20,000 bases of DNA from an uncultured virus (IMG/VR IMGVR_UViG_3300010226_000003) (IMGVR_UViG_3300010226_000003); one strand, 5' to 3'; shown: positions 6,314-14,285, counted from the first letter of the stretch. A program made the numbers and translations. Notes: generated by a model from the letters alone, not told the origin.

Positions 6314-6811
6314 TCAGAATTTGATTGAATCCATCTCTGACCAGTAGTAGAAGCCTCTTAGTTCCATTAGTATAGAACCAAGGACATTACCACCCTTACC
6401 GTTACACCGGCCCCAGAATGTATCTCCCCAGTCATTACCTTCGACTAGCAAAGCTGCACCTGTTGCCATGAGCTTAATCTTTAGATCCTCGTTCTGATCG
6501 AACTTAGCTCTTACGGTGTCTCTCATACAACGTACCTTGATTTGCTCCCACTTGTCAAGGTCAATGTCTACCTGCTTGCCAAGCTTCTTAGTCTCACCGG
6601 GCGTTTCACAATCAAGAATAGCAGCGATGTATGCGTACTGCTCTTGCTGAGTGCCAGTCATCGCACGATACTTTGACGCCTGAAAGGCAGCTTCATTAGT
6701 CTTGAATGTCAGATTGCCCAGCTTTACGGGGGCTGAATAGAAATTGGAGAGGTAGTAATCCTCACCAACGAACTTCACGATTGGACTTGTTCTCACGTTC
6801 ACGCCTCTCAC
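6314..6811 (-). CDS. NADAR (YbiA-like) family ADP-ribosyl/N-glycosidase
   Basis: LSNFY, EAAFQASK, AKFDQN, L-x-ATG-x3-LVEGN, D-x-FWG and G-x-N-x-LG-x-ILMELR motifs; start may be a few codons downstream. Confidence 0.92.
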   Translation of the reverse strand: MRGVNVRTSPIVKFVGEDYYLSNFYSAPVKLGNLTFKTNEAAFQASKYRAMTGTQQEQYAYIAAILDCETPGETKKLGKQVDIDLDKWEQIKVRCMRDTVRAKFDQNEDLKIKLMATGAALLVEGNDWGDTFWGRCNGKGGNVLGSILMELRGFYYWSEMDSIKF

Positions 6812-6890
6812 TGACTACGTAGAACCACCTGCAAATAAAAAGAATTAGAAGGAGCCATACTATGACCCCTCCTATTAAAACAATTCTCAT
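6762..6890 (-). CDS. Small membrane protein, 42 aa
   Basis: MRIVLIGGVIVWLLLILFICRWFYVVSERR...; ATGA-coupled to the upstream ORF. Confidence 0.5.
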   Translation of the reverse strand: MRIVLIGGVIVWLLLILFICRWFYVVSERRERENKSNREVRW

Positions 6891-7018
6891 GCCATCATTC
6901 CGAAGAACCATGCAGCCCTGTGGGCTACACTACAGAAGAACAGTCGTCGCATCTTGTCACCGAATGTTTCGAAACAGATACTTTCGTCGCATTCCCCACC
7001 ACACGCAGCACACGTCAT
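6887..7018 (-). CDS. Small Cys/His metal-binding protein, 43 aa
   Basis: MTCAACGGECDES...LFFCSVAH (CxxC...FCSxxH, TRASH/FCS-like); GAAGGGGA RBS. Confidence 0.65.
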   Translation of the reverse strand: MTCAACGGECDESICFETFGDKMRRLFFCSVAHRAAWFFGMMA

Positions 7019-7022
7019 ATGA

Positions 7023-7133
7023 TCATCCCCTTCGATCAGTAATGTGGCTTGTCAACTCATATGAGTAGTGACCGATGGCCACTCCGACAACGCCTAGAAT
7101 CAAACCAATTACCTGTGCTATGTAAACGTTCAT
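7023..7133 (-). CDS. Small membrane protein, 36 aa, leaderless
   Basis: MNVYIAQVIGLILGVVGVAIGHYSYELTSHITDRRG; ATG lies 6 nt after a -10 box. Confidence 0.55.
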   Translation of the reverse strand: MNVYIAQVIGLILGVVGVAIGHYSYELTSHITDRRG

Positions 7134-7139
7134 GGTTAA

Positions 7140-7168
7140 ACGATACTCTCGTGCTGGTTATCTGTCAA
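7140..7168 (-). promoter_or_regulatory. Promoter for a leaderless transcript
   Basis: TTGACA, 17 bp spacer, TATCGT, 6 nt, ATG. Confidence 0.65.
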
Positions 7169-7188
7169 GGTACGGCAAAGGCCGCTGA

Positions 7189-7491
7189 TTACTCAGCGGC
7201 CAGTTCCGTCCTTAGAGCTAGGATGGTACGGCCCTTTAGTTCTCGCGTAGGTTCGCCGTTGACGAATTCATAAATGCGCGGTACTGACATGACATCGTAC
7301 GTAATCCTAATTGCCTCGGCCTCGTCAATGTCCACATAAACGACAGGATAGTCAAGCTCCTCGCTTAGTGCTATGACATGCGGCGCAAGTGCACGACAAG
7401 GCGCACACCACGCCGGGGCAGAGAAAACAACTAGTGCTCTTTCCTTTACCTGCTCCTCCAGATTTGGAAGAGAGGCAACATTAACTAGAAT
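7189..7491 (-). CDS. Thioredoxin (apparent ATT start; missed by ORF track)
   Basis: ILVNVASLPNLEEQVKERALVVFSAPAWCAPCRALAP...YVDIDE...VMSVP...FVNGE: WCxPC active site and cis-Pro motif; GAGGAGG RBS 6 nt upstream of ATT. Confidence 0.88.
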   Translation of the reverse strand: MLVNVASLPNLEEQVKERALVVFSAPAWCAPCRALAPHVIALSEELDYPVVYVDIDEAEAIRITYDVMSVPRIYEFVNGEPTRELKGRTILALRTELAAE

Positions 7492-7494
7492 TGC

Positions 7495-7914
7495 TTACCT
7501 CCTCATTGCTCGGAATGACGGAGCAAGGCGCTCAACAGCCTTAGCAATGTCTTCCGGATTTCCATTGACGTAAATGTTAACAGTCACATTCACATCGCCG
7601 GACTTCTCTTCGACAGAGTTGAACTCAGGATGCATCTCAAGAGGCTTCTTGTCCTGTAGTTTGTAGAACTTAACTCTGTCACCCCAGCCCTGTGAATTGT
7701 ACTGCCCCTTGATGTATCGGTTGTAGTAAACTCCAACACTCAGGGCAGAATGCAGACGATTGAACTCGTCCTCACTCACACCGCTGTAAACCTGTACATC
7801 TCCACGATTGAAAAGAACAGCAAGCTTCTGCTCGTCCTTATTGAAGTAGACACCCTCAATGACGCTGCTGTTTGCAGTGAAGTGACTGGTGTATGGGAAC
7901 TCGTACTGATTCAT
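7495..7914 (-). CDS. KTSC domain protein
   Basis: SSVIEGVYFN...L-x-V-x-F-x2-G-x3-YSGV-x3-F-x2-L-x2-A-x-SVG-x-YYN-x2-IKG-x-Y is the KTSC pattern. Confidence 0.85.
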   Translation of the reverse strand: MNQYEFPYTSHFTANSSVIEGVYFNKDEQKLAVLFNRGDVQVYSGVSEDEFNRLHSALSVGVYYNRYIKGQYNSQGWGDRVKFYKLQDKKPLEMHPEFNSVEEKSGDVNVTVNIYVNGNPEDIAKAVERLAPSFRAMRR

Positions 7915-7935
7915 TTAATTCCTTCGTAGATGGCT

Positions 7936-8208
7936 TTACGGAGTCTGTTGATCAGCGTCCGCATTTTCTTCTTCAATTGTTCCATGATGAGCATAAACGT
8001 CTAGCTTGCCCTCCGCATCCTTTACGACAATCAGACGACCAACGTAAACCCATGTACCCACCGGCTCATCCTTGAGTTTACCTTTGATCTTATCCAGAGT
8101 GTCTTCTAGATCGCGGACTGTTGGCTTCTTAAGCCTTCCGTTTACTCTCCAGCGATACTGCTTTTCATCAAACAGCTTTCGCAATTCCTGAGCAAGTTCG
8201 ATCACCAT
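7936..8208 (-). CDS. Hypothetical protein
   Basis: ~90 aa, overlaps the upstream stop. Confidence 0.7.
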   Translation of the reverse strand: MVIELAQELRKLFDEKQYRWRVNGRLKKPTVRDLEDTLDKIKGKLKDEPVGTWVYVGRLIVVKDAEGKLDVYAHHGTIEEENADADQQTP

Positions 8209-8411
8209 TCACCATGTCTCTCAAGGTACATAGCGACAGCATCATGAAGTTGTGCTGATACGATGAACGCCTGCTTTGTGTAGTGATCTGGATCTTCGAT
8301 CTGCTCTGTCAAAATGGAGAGGAGCAGTCCGAAACCCTTATTAAGACTGGCAATTGCCGCCTTGTCTGAGTCTAGAACTGCCCCTTCCACAGTAAGTCTG
8401 TATTCGTCCAT
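8202..8411 (-). CDS. Hypothetical protein
   Basis: 69 aa, AAGGAAG RBS. Confidence 0.7.
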   Translation of the reverse strand: MDEYRLTVEGAVLDSDKAAIASLNKGFGLLLSILTEQIEDPDHYTKQAFIVSAQLHDAVAMYLERHGEW

Positions 8412-8443
8412 GTCTTCCTTTCAACTACCTCTATAGTAGTTGA

Positions 8444-8647
8444 TTAACTGACCACCGTCAAGCTGTTTAGTGGCCAGACAAACTTGTTCATGCCGTTTCC
8501 ATCGGGCCTAGGGCTTAATGGAGAAAGCCATACGAGGTCTTGTCCCCTCTTATTTAGAACCTTTGCCCTAAAGCCGTTCCATGGCCCCTCGTGGTACAAC
8601 TCTACGGTGCTGTTGCCATAGATGGTGTTGCCCGCCATGTCCTTCAA
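8444..8647 (-). CDS. Small RPDG-motif protein (paralog of 9187-9630 domains)
   Basis: Start TTG 8647 or ATG 8638 (the longer ORF-track start overlaps another gene); W-x-G...VWL-x-P-x3-RPDG...F-x-W. Confidence 0.65.
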   Translation of the reverse strand: MKDMAGNTIYGNSTVELYHEGPWNGFRAKVLNKRGQDLVWLSPLSPRPDGNGMNKFVWPLNSLTVVS

Positions 8648-8648
8648 A

Positions 8649-8894
8649 TTACGCCCTCTTCTCGTGAAGGTGGAGATACTGAGTCGGAATGTAAACAATT
8701 CGCTGGTCATAGTCTGCTGGCCTGCTCTGCTCAATTGAAAGAAGAACTGTGCCATCAGGAAGAGGAACACTCATCACCATACAGATGACATTGTTCCACT
8801 TCTTAAGGTTGCGAGGTGCACCCTTAATCTTGACGTAATCGACCTTGTTTACAGGCTTGCCCTTGGGATCATTGAAGCTGAACTGTACAGCCAT
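8649..8894 (-). CDS. Hypothetical protein
   Basis: 81 aa, TAATG-coupled to the upstream gene. Confidence 0.7.
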   Translation of the reverse strand: MAVQFSFNDPKGKPVNKVDYVKIKGAPRNLKKWNNVICMVMSVPLPDGTVLLSIEQSRPADYDQRIVYIPTQYLHLHEKRA

Positions 8895-9067
8895 TACTTC
8901 CTCTTCGCTCGCTTGGCGTCCTCACGGGACTTGGTCAGGTCTCTGATGAAATTGTCACAGTCAATGTCATCAACTGTGAATGAACTTAGCAATCTTCCCT
9001 TGAAGTAAAGTTCAATGGTGACGTGGCCTTCATTTCCCCACGCGAATCTATATTTGTCAAACCTCAT
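8894..9067 (-). CDS. Hypothetical protein, 57 aa
   Basis: ATG 9067 after GGAGG RBS. Confidence 0.65.
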   Translation of the reverse strand: MRFDKYRFAWGNEGHVTIELYFKGRLLSSFTVDDIDCDNFIRDLTKSREDAKRAKRK

Positions 9068-9085
9068 TTGACCTCCCATAGAAAG

Positions 9086-9165
9086 CTCCCCAGGTAGGAT
9101 TCGAACCTACGTCGCTAGTCCTGATTCAAAGTCAGGCGGCCCCTGCCAAACAGAGCAACTGGGGA
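9086..9165 (-). tRNA. tRNA-Gln(TTG)
   Basis: Acceptor TCCCCAG/CTGGGGA; anticodon arm CCTGA-CT TTG AA-TCAGG; T arm GTAGG-TTCGAAT-CCTAC; no encoded CCA. Confidence 0.85.
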
Positions 9166-9186
9166 ATAGCCCCGAAGGGCACTGGA

Positions 9187-9630
9187 TCAATCAGTCATCA
9201 GACTTTCAAGAGTCCAGAAGAACTCGTTGGAATCAATGTCAATTCCATCAGGCCGAGGTCCGTCGAGCTTAATCCGAACCTTGTCGTTGACGGGCTTACG
9301 AGTCGTACGACCAGTGAGACCCTGCCACTTCTCAAGATAGGGGTTCTTGTGCAACTCTTCGTAAGTATTGACAATCATCACCCGCGTACCAACGGGCATT
9401 GATTCATTAACCTTTTCTGGTGTAGTGGCACCATCGATAACCATCTGAGTACGCTTCCAGAAGAACGGTGAACGCTTGAATCCATCAGGACGATCACTCT
9501 CAGGCTTCACCCAGACATACCCATTTCTGAATTCGTCAGGCTCAACGACTTCACATCGAATACCTGCCCATCCCGCTCCAGCGTCAGGATCGTTCTTGAG
9601 AATGACGATGCTACCAACTTCGAGATTCAT
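9187..9630 (-). CDS. Protein with two tandem RPDG-motif (SH3/KOW-like) domains
   Basis: Internal duplication VG-x2-V...W-x-G...RPDG...FFW twice; GGAGG RBS. Confidence 0.8.
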   Translation of the reverse strand: MNLEVGSIVILKNDPDAGAGWAGIRCEVVEPDEFRNGYVWVKPESDRPDGFKRSPFFWKRTQMVIDGATTPEKVNESMPVGTRVMIVNTYEELHKNPYLEKWQGLTGRTTRKPVNDKVRIKLDGPRPDGIDIDSNEFFWTLESLMTD

Positions 9631-9640
9631 TTTGCCTCCA

Positions 9641-9856
9641 TCAAGTGGCTTCGTTACAAGGATACTCTCTGCATCGCTCGATTGTCAACGTGCCCTGCGG
9701 ATGCAGCAGCTCGTGAAATTTCTGAGCAATGGAGAAGTCGAGACCGATCGCCTCTGCCCTCTGCCTTACATGTTCATCATACTCGCCGTCGCGTAGTGCG
9801 TCAAGGAAGCCTTCCTCGAATTCCTCTTCATCTACCCATACTTCGATGTAACCCAT
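9641..9856 (-). CDS. Hypothetical protein
   Basis: 71 aa acidic ORF tiling the operon. Confidence 0.65.
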   Translation of the reverse strand: MGYIEVWVDEEEFEEGFLDALRDGEYDEHVRQRAEAIGLDFSIAQKFHELLHPQGTLTIERCREYPCNEAT

Positions 9857-9859
9857 TGA

Positions 9860-10051
9860 TCATCCGATCTCGTCTGTGAAGTCTAGTAGACTCCATCCCT
9901 TTACTTCAAGTGATTGCTTGTATTGCTTGCCATGATGCCCGCAGAACAGAAGAACAAGATCTTCCTTCTCTGCAATTACGAATGCTTGAGCGCCGCACTT
10001 ATCGCAACGATCTTCTGTCTTATTCAGCGGACGTTCCGCAACTGTTTGCAT
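9860..10051 (-). CDS. Small actinobacterial Zn-finger-like protein
   Basis: DRCDKCGAQA...LLFCGHHG, a motif familiar from a conserved small actinobacterial protein family; AAGGAG RBS. Confidence 0.75.
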   Translation of the reverse strand: MQTVAERPLNKTEDRCDKCGAQAFVIAEKEDLVLLFCGHHGKQYKQSLEVKGWSLLDFTDEIG

Positions 10052-10082
10052 AGTGCTCCTTACTTAGCACAACACCCCTAGC

Positions 10083-10385
10083 TTATGGGCCAGGGGGTTG
10101 ATTGTTTTGTAGCTGCCTCATGGCTGCTTCTAGTTCACTCTTTACCTTGATGAAGTTGTCCATCAATTCGTAATACTTTCCACGCCACTTGTCTAGGTCG
10201 GCTTCAACATTGTTCAGCTCTTGCTTTAGACCCTGAATCTCGGTCCTTAGTTCACTTCTGAGCTGAGCGGCAGTATCGTCCCGAACCTTGCTACGACTGA
10301 GCCAGTGTTCGACAAACTTAAGTCCAACCCCACCCAGCACTGTACCAATCAAGGCAATCCAAGCCGTAGTAATCTCGGGCATCAT
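10083..10385 (-). CDS. Membrane-anchored coiled-coil protein
   Basis: N-terminal TM segment (AWIALIGTVLGGVGL) followed by a heptad-rich helix. Confidence 0.75.
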   Translation of the reverse strand: MMPEITTAWIALIGTVLGGVGLKFVEHWLSRSKVRDDTAAQLRSELRTEIQGLKQELNNVEADLDKWRGKYYELMDNFIKVKSELEAAMRQLQNNQPPGP

Positions 10386-10783
10386 CTCAGCAACCTTATC
10401 CTAAAGTATAGGAATGCCACGATGAGCATAAGAGTAAGGCTGAATACCCATGTTAGAGGTACAAACCCAATTGTTAGCCATCTGAGCAATGTCATGAATC
10501 CATAGCTCAATGATGCCATAAATAGACCAGTTGCCTCTAGTGTTCGCTTCGCTCTCTTAGCACCGGCCATAATAGCCAGCGCCGTTGAAGCATAGAAGGC
10601 ACCAATAATCATTCTCACGTAGGTTGAATCAATTGCCTGTCCCAAAGGTGTCGTGGCACTAGGCTGATACAACCAACTCATCGTATACAATCCGGAGACC
10701 AAAAGACCAACAGCTATTATCACCTCGATAATCACGAGGGGATGGGCGTAAGCCTTGACTAGAACTGCTGATATCTTGGACAT
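10382..10783 (-). CDS. Four-TM membrane protein, leaderless
   Basis: Four hydrophobic segments; ATG 10783 lies 6 nt after a TACAAT -10. Confidence 0.75.
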   Translation of the reverse strand: MSKISAVLVKAYAHPLVIIEVIIAVGLLVSGLYTMSWLYQPSATTPLGQAIDSTYVRMIIGAFYASTALAIMAGAKRAKRTLEATGLFMASLSYGFMTLLRWLTIGFVPLTWVFSLTLMLIVAFLYFRIRLLR

Positions 10784-10789
10784 ATGCAA

Positions 10790-10818
10790 ATTGTAATCAT
10801 TGATGAGTTAAAAGTCAA
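10790..10818 (-). promoter_or_regulatory. Promoter for a leaderless transcript
   Basis: TTGACT, 17 bp spacer, TACAAT, 6 nt, ATG. Confidence 0.7.
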
Positions 10819-11063
10819 TCAATCAAGTCTTCAACAGCTTCCGCAACTTCCTGTGCGAGCCAAATCTCAGTCTCAGTGAGTGTTGTCATTCTTTTAACTT
10901 GATACCTATTAATGTATAGGCGCAAAAATTGGGCCTTTTCAGCGGCACCAGAGATCTCTTCTGGAGTTGCTTCTGATCTTAGCACAAGCTTAATGGTGAT
11001 CCAGATGCTCTTCGTAAGATCCTTTATGCATTCTGCTGTTGAATACTCGTCATCAAAGTACAT
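10815..11063 (-). CDS. Hypothetical protein
   Basis: 82 aa, GGAGG RBS. Confidence 0.7.
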   Translation of the reverse strand: MYFDDEYSTAECIKDLTKSIWITIKLVLRSEATPEEISGAAEKAQFLRLYINRYQVKRMTTLTETEIWLAQEVAEAVEDLID

Positions 11064-11090
11064 TATCCTCCCGTCAAGGGGATTTTATTG

Positions 11091-11147
11091 CGGCCGGTAG
11101 GGATTCGAACCCCATAGTTCCCTAGTCTTGGCTAGTATACCCGGCCT
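11091..11147 (-). ncRNA. Truncated tRNA-like element (acceptor + T arm + one short hairpin)
   Basis: GGCCGG/CCGGCC acceptor-like stem; TGGGG-TTCGAAT-CCCTA T arm; only CTAG-CCAAGA-CTAG between them. Confidence 0.55.
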
Positions 11148-11153
11148 GATGGC

Positions 11154-11384
11154 TTAATTCAAATGGTCCTCTGTGATGGCTCCACCGACGTAAAGCTCAT
11201 TATCTAGCCATCTGCTTACGTCGGTGCCTGAACGAGCCATCAGAATTATAAGCCACCTAGGCTCTCGTTCGTTTGCCGCACATTCGGAGCAAACCACGAA
11301 ATCCATATCTGGATTCAGCCGTGACTTGTAATTCACCAGTGAATTTCTCTGCTTGTCACAGATCTGACAAACCAGTTCGCTCAC
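11154..11384 (-). CDS. Hypothetical Zn-binding protein
   Basis: CQIC...CSEC; GAGGA RBS; GTGA coupling. Confidence 0.7.
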   Translation of the reverse strand: MSELVCQICDKQRNSLVNYKSRLNPDMDFVVCSECAANEREPRWLIILMARSGTDVSRWLDNELYVGGAITEDHLN

Positions 11385-11560
11385 TCCTCTTCATATCCAA
11401 TCTCTCCAATGACCTCAAGGTCATCGTTTTCGAAATACTCGTTGAACTCAATTCCGCCTACAGAATACTGAACCTTACACATATAGCTGTGTACCTCAGT
11501 GATTATTCCGTAGACACCTTCACTGACTACCAGAACCACTTGGCTTTCCCGGTGCATCAT
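11381..11560 (-). CDS. Hypothetical protein, 59 aa
   Basis: MMHRESQVVLVVSEGVYGIITEVHSYMCKVQY...; GGAGG RBS; just below the ORF-track cutoff. Confidence 0.65.
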   Translation of the reverse strand: MMHRESQVVLVVSEGVYGIITEVHSYMCKVQYSVGGIEFNEYFENDDLEVIGEIGYEEE

Positions 11561-11750
11561 GGACCTCCAAAATACAGTTTACACCAAGAGAACGGATCTT
11601 TTTAATCAGGTCGCTGATCTGCTCGGTGATCAACATCCTGTTATGTTCAGAAAGGTGATCGAAGGTACTGCTGTAGGCTCTCAGAGCGAAGTTAGGAACG
11701 TCATGCTGCGTTGCAGGGTATTGAACNNNNNNNNNNTTCTCTACCCTCAT
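11520..11750 (-). CDS. Hypothetical protein interrupted by an N gap
   Basis: ATGA-coupled to the whiB stop; true length unknown because of the gap at 11727-11736. Confidence 0.5.
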   Translation of the reverse strand: MRVEXXXXVQYPATQHDVPNFALRAYSSTFDHLSEHNRMLITEQISDLIKKIRSLGVNCILEVHDAPGKPSGSGSQ

Positions 11751-12058
11751 TCGCTCAGCCTCTCCTTGATTCTTTCCCATGTTTCCGGAGTCTTGTGAGC
11801 ATTGCGATACTTATCTACTCTAGCAGCGTTCCAATAAACGCCGCCCCAAACTCCGAAGCCTGAGTTCTCCTTGGCTGCCATTGCGCATTGCTTCATGACT
11901 GGACAGCGAAGGCACATTTCATCTACGTATCGGGCAGAGATTTTATCCTCTTCGTAAGTCTCGAAGAAGAAGGAAGTGGGAAGACCACGACATAGAGCCA
12001 AGTCTTCCCACTGTACTTCATCCGGACTTATGCCCCTCTGTTCAAGAATTCCGGACAT
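11747..12058 (-). CDS. whiB: WhiB family transcription factor
   Basis: W-x3-ALC...FF...C-x2-CPV-x2-QC...GVWGG: four Cys plus the GVWGG turn; likely start MSGILEQ at 12058. Confidence 0.92.
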   Translation of the reverse strand: MSGILEQRGISPDEVQWEDLALCRGLPTSFFFETYEEDKISARYVDEMCLRCPVMKQCAMAAKENSGFGVWGGVYWNAARVDKYRNAHKTPETWERIKERLSE

Positions 12059-12281
12059 TGCGAGAAGGTACCCTCCACTTCCCATCATTGTCCACCGCGA
12101 TGCGAGTCTCAAAACCCCAGTTGCCATTACGGTAAGCGCCTTCACGCTTGTTCCAACCGAGATTCTTACGACTCTTGCGGAAGAATACTAGTGTCCAGCC
12201 TTCCCATCGAACGTCGTTGCTTAGCTTGCGCTGCTCGGTGACGAACGTATCGGCTGAATTGTAATCCAGAACAACAGACAT
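12042..12281 (-). CDS. Hypothetical protein
   Basis: 79 aa, AAGGA RBS. Confidence 0.7.
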   Translation of the reverse strand: MSVVLDYNSADTFVTEQRKLSNDVRWEGWTLVFFRKSRKNLGWNKREGAYRNGNWGFETRIAVDNDGKWRVPSRNVRNS

Positions 12282-12319
12282 GTTTTTCCTTAGATAGTGC
12301 TTATTTGTTTGTAAGATAC

Positions 12320-12352
12320 AAAAGAACAGGAAGGAAATATTCCCTCCTGTTC
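12320..12352 (-). terminator. Intrinsic terminator
   Basis: GAACAGGAGGGAA-TAT-TTCCTTCCTGTTC followed by TTTTG on the - strand. Confidence 0.75.
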
Positions 12353-12372
12353 AATTGTACTACAAAGTCTGA

Positions 12373-12723
12373 TTACTTGCTTGATCTACGAGTAGAGGTA
12401 GAATCTGACTTCTGCTCTGCCTTCTTATCAGTTGCCTGATCAGTGGTAACAACTCCACCACCGGTTAGTTCGTCGTCCTTTACAGAGCGACGGAATGCAG
12501 CGTCTTCAAACTTCCAACCTGCCTCACGAGCACGACGAGCCGCTAGGGTCTCAACGTCTGGGCGAGATTCGTAGTTCTTTAGAGCCTCTTCGTAGTCAAC
12601 GTATGCGGAGTCCTTAACTCCAGCTTCCTCAGCACGCTTTGCATCCTCGTCCGCTAGTGGGTCAAGGTGTGGTGCAACAACGTCCTGTGAAGACTTGTAC
12701 TGGTAATCCTTGTTATCTGCCAT
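12373..12723 (-). CDS. Hypothetical hydrophilic protein
   Basis: 116 aa, strong AAGGAGGT RBS, own terminator. Confidence 0.8.
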   Translation of the reverse strand: MADNKDYQYKSSQDVVAPHLDPLADEDAKRAEEAGVKDSAYVDYEEALKNYESRPDVETLAARRAREAGWKFEDAAFRRSVKDDELTGGGVVTTDQATDKKAEQKSDSTSTRRSSK

Positions 12724-12809
12724 TATTTACTTTCACCTCCTTGTCTTCAAGTCTGCGCATTCTTGAAGAATTCTCTAAAAGAATAGCACAGACTTGTTTA
12801 TAAGGCGGA

Positions 12810-13588
12810 TCAAGATGGCAACTCGTTGACCTTACCGGTAGCAGTCTGAACAGACAGGTTGTCAGTGTCAAGAACACAGTAGTTGTAGAACATGCCATTC
12901 ATCTCAAGGCCGTAAACGCTAGCGTCTCCGAGCTGATGGGCGAATGGGTAATTCTCCATCCACGTGTGATAGTGACCATGAAACCAAAGTGTAGGCCGAA
13001 CAACTCGACCAACCCTGTCCATAAGCTGACGATGAGCCGTTGAATCCGGATCATCCTTCAACCGGAAACCGAATGGAGCGTAAGTCGGACAGTCATGAGT
13101 CAGAAGAATATCAGACTGATTACCTTGAATCTCAAGACTCTTAACCACTCGCTCCGGAACAGCCTCCTGCTTCCACCAAGTCTTACCGAGTGTACGCCGA
13201 TTCTTGTCAATTGAAACGGCACCACCAACAGCCTGGAACCACCTGTCATCAAATCGCCACCGGTTAACTCGACCAGTATAACGAATGTGACTACGGATGA
13301 TTGTCAAACCATTGTAAGTCTTAGGGTTGTTCTTCTCCAACCAATCGAGCCGGTCCCAATTCTCGTGGTTACCAGCAACGAAATAAACCTTGATTCCGTA
13401 CTTCCGGCACTCCTCATTCAGAGCGTCAAGGTAGTTGAAGCCGTCCGCCTCATGCTCCCNNNNNNNNNNTAACCGAAGTCACCAACCTGCATGATCTTAC
13501 GAGCGCCCATGGCATCCGCACGTCGGACAGTTTTACGAGCATGCATTGTATCCCCATGCCAGTCACCAGCGATCATGATCTTAGCCAT
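12810..13588 (-). CDS. Calcineurin-like metallophosphoesterase (spans an N gap)
   Basis: MAKIMIAGDWHG...VGDFG / gap / VAGNHE...LLTHDCP...WFHGHYH: all five metallophosphoesterase motifs. Confidence 0.9.
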
Positions 13589-13615
13589 GTCGTTCCCTTC
13601 GTCGTTGTTAGTACA

Positions 13616-13645
13616 ACATTAACACAGTGCTGATCACTTCGTCAA
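13616..13645 (-). promoter_or_regulatory. HrdB-type promoter with CAACGACGAAGGG leader
   Basis: TTGACG, 18 bp spacer, TGt-TAATGT. Confidence 0.65.
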
Positions 13646-14010
13646 CATGTGTAGATGACACGCTTGATGCCAGCAAGCTGGATTGCCCTGTCACAGGCTT
13701 CACAGGGCTTTGAGAAAACGGCTTGGCCGTCCTTGTTGCGTGCGATATAAATAATTGCTCCAGCGGCCTTCTTGCACCGGGCAATGGCCATTGCTTCGGC
13801 ATGCACAGAGCAGAAACGCTCAATGTGCTCATCACTGACGTTGTTAGGATCGTTCTTCAACGTGTTCCAGCCTCGGGACAGAACCCTACCAGACCTAACA
13901 ATCACAGCTCCATGCTTCTGCTTCATGTTAGAATTGGCAGACAACTCCATCGCCAGAGACAGGAATGACCGGTCCTTCTTAGAAAGACCGGTCGATTCTC
14001 CGTTAGCCAT
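13642..14010 (-). CDS. Zn-dependent cytidine/dCMP deaminase family protein
   Basis: HGAVIV, GWN, HAE and KPCEAC motifs; likely start ATG 14010 after GGGAG. Confidence 0.88.
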   Translation of the reverse strand: MANGESTGLSKKDRSFLSLAMELSANSNMKQKHGAVIVRSGRVLSRGWNTLKNDPNNVSDEHIERFCSVHAEAMAIARCKKAAGAIIYIARNKDGQAVFSKPCEACDRAIQLAGIKRVIYTC

Positions 14011-14170
14011 TGCGCTCCCACTCACCAGCGTAATACCTGTCAAGTGTTTCAGGGTGTCCATTGCTGTCTACGATGACGAACTTGCCACCCTCAACCTTTG
14101 CAACAATTGCCGTACGACCAGTTTCCCGGTGCTTAATCGGCATGTCTCGCTTTAGCTCACTGTATCTCAT
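14003..14170 (-). CDS. Hypothetical protein, 55 aa
   Basis: MRYSELKRDMPIKHRETGRTAIVAKVEGGKFVIV...; AAGGA RBS. Confidence 0.6.
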   Translation of the reverse strand: MRYSELKRDMPIKHRETGRTAIVAKVEGGKFVIVDSNGHPETLDRYYAGEWERNG

Positions 14171-14285
14171 CAATTTCCTTTACGAATCTTTGCTCTGCCT
14201 CATTCAGCGCAATCATCAGTGCCACATTGCTCAGCACTCCGATTGCTATCAAGATGGTCAGCAGCAGAACGACCCGTGATCTCAT
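14157..14285 (-). CDS. Possible small membrane protein, 42 aa
   Basis: MRSRVVLLLTILIAIGVLSNVALMIAL...; overlaps the 3' part of the 14200-14412 ORF. Confidence 0.4.
   Translation of the reverse strand: MRSRVVLLLTILIAIGVLSNVALMIALNEAEQRFVKEIDEIQ

Noticed and set aside
11091..11147. Y RNA (YrlA) or tmRNA identity for the tRNA-like element
   Set aside because: The arm order is not permuted as in YrlA, no Ro-binding stem is visible, and it is far too short for tmRNA.
11727..13469. Apparent frameshift or pseudogene at the two N runs
   Set aside because: These are 10-N scaffold placeholders; metallophosphoesterase motifs are intact on both sides of the gap at 13460-13469.
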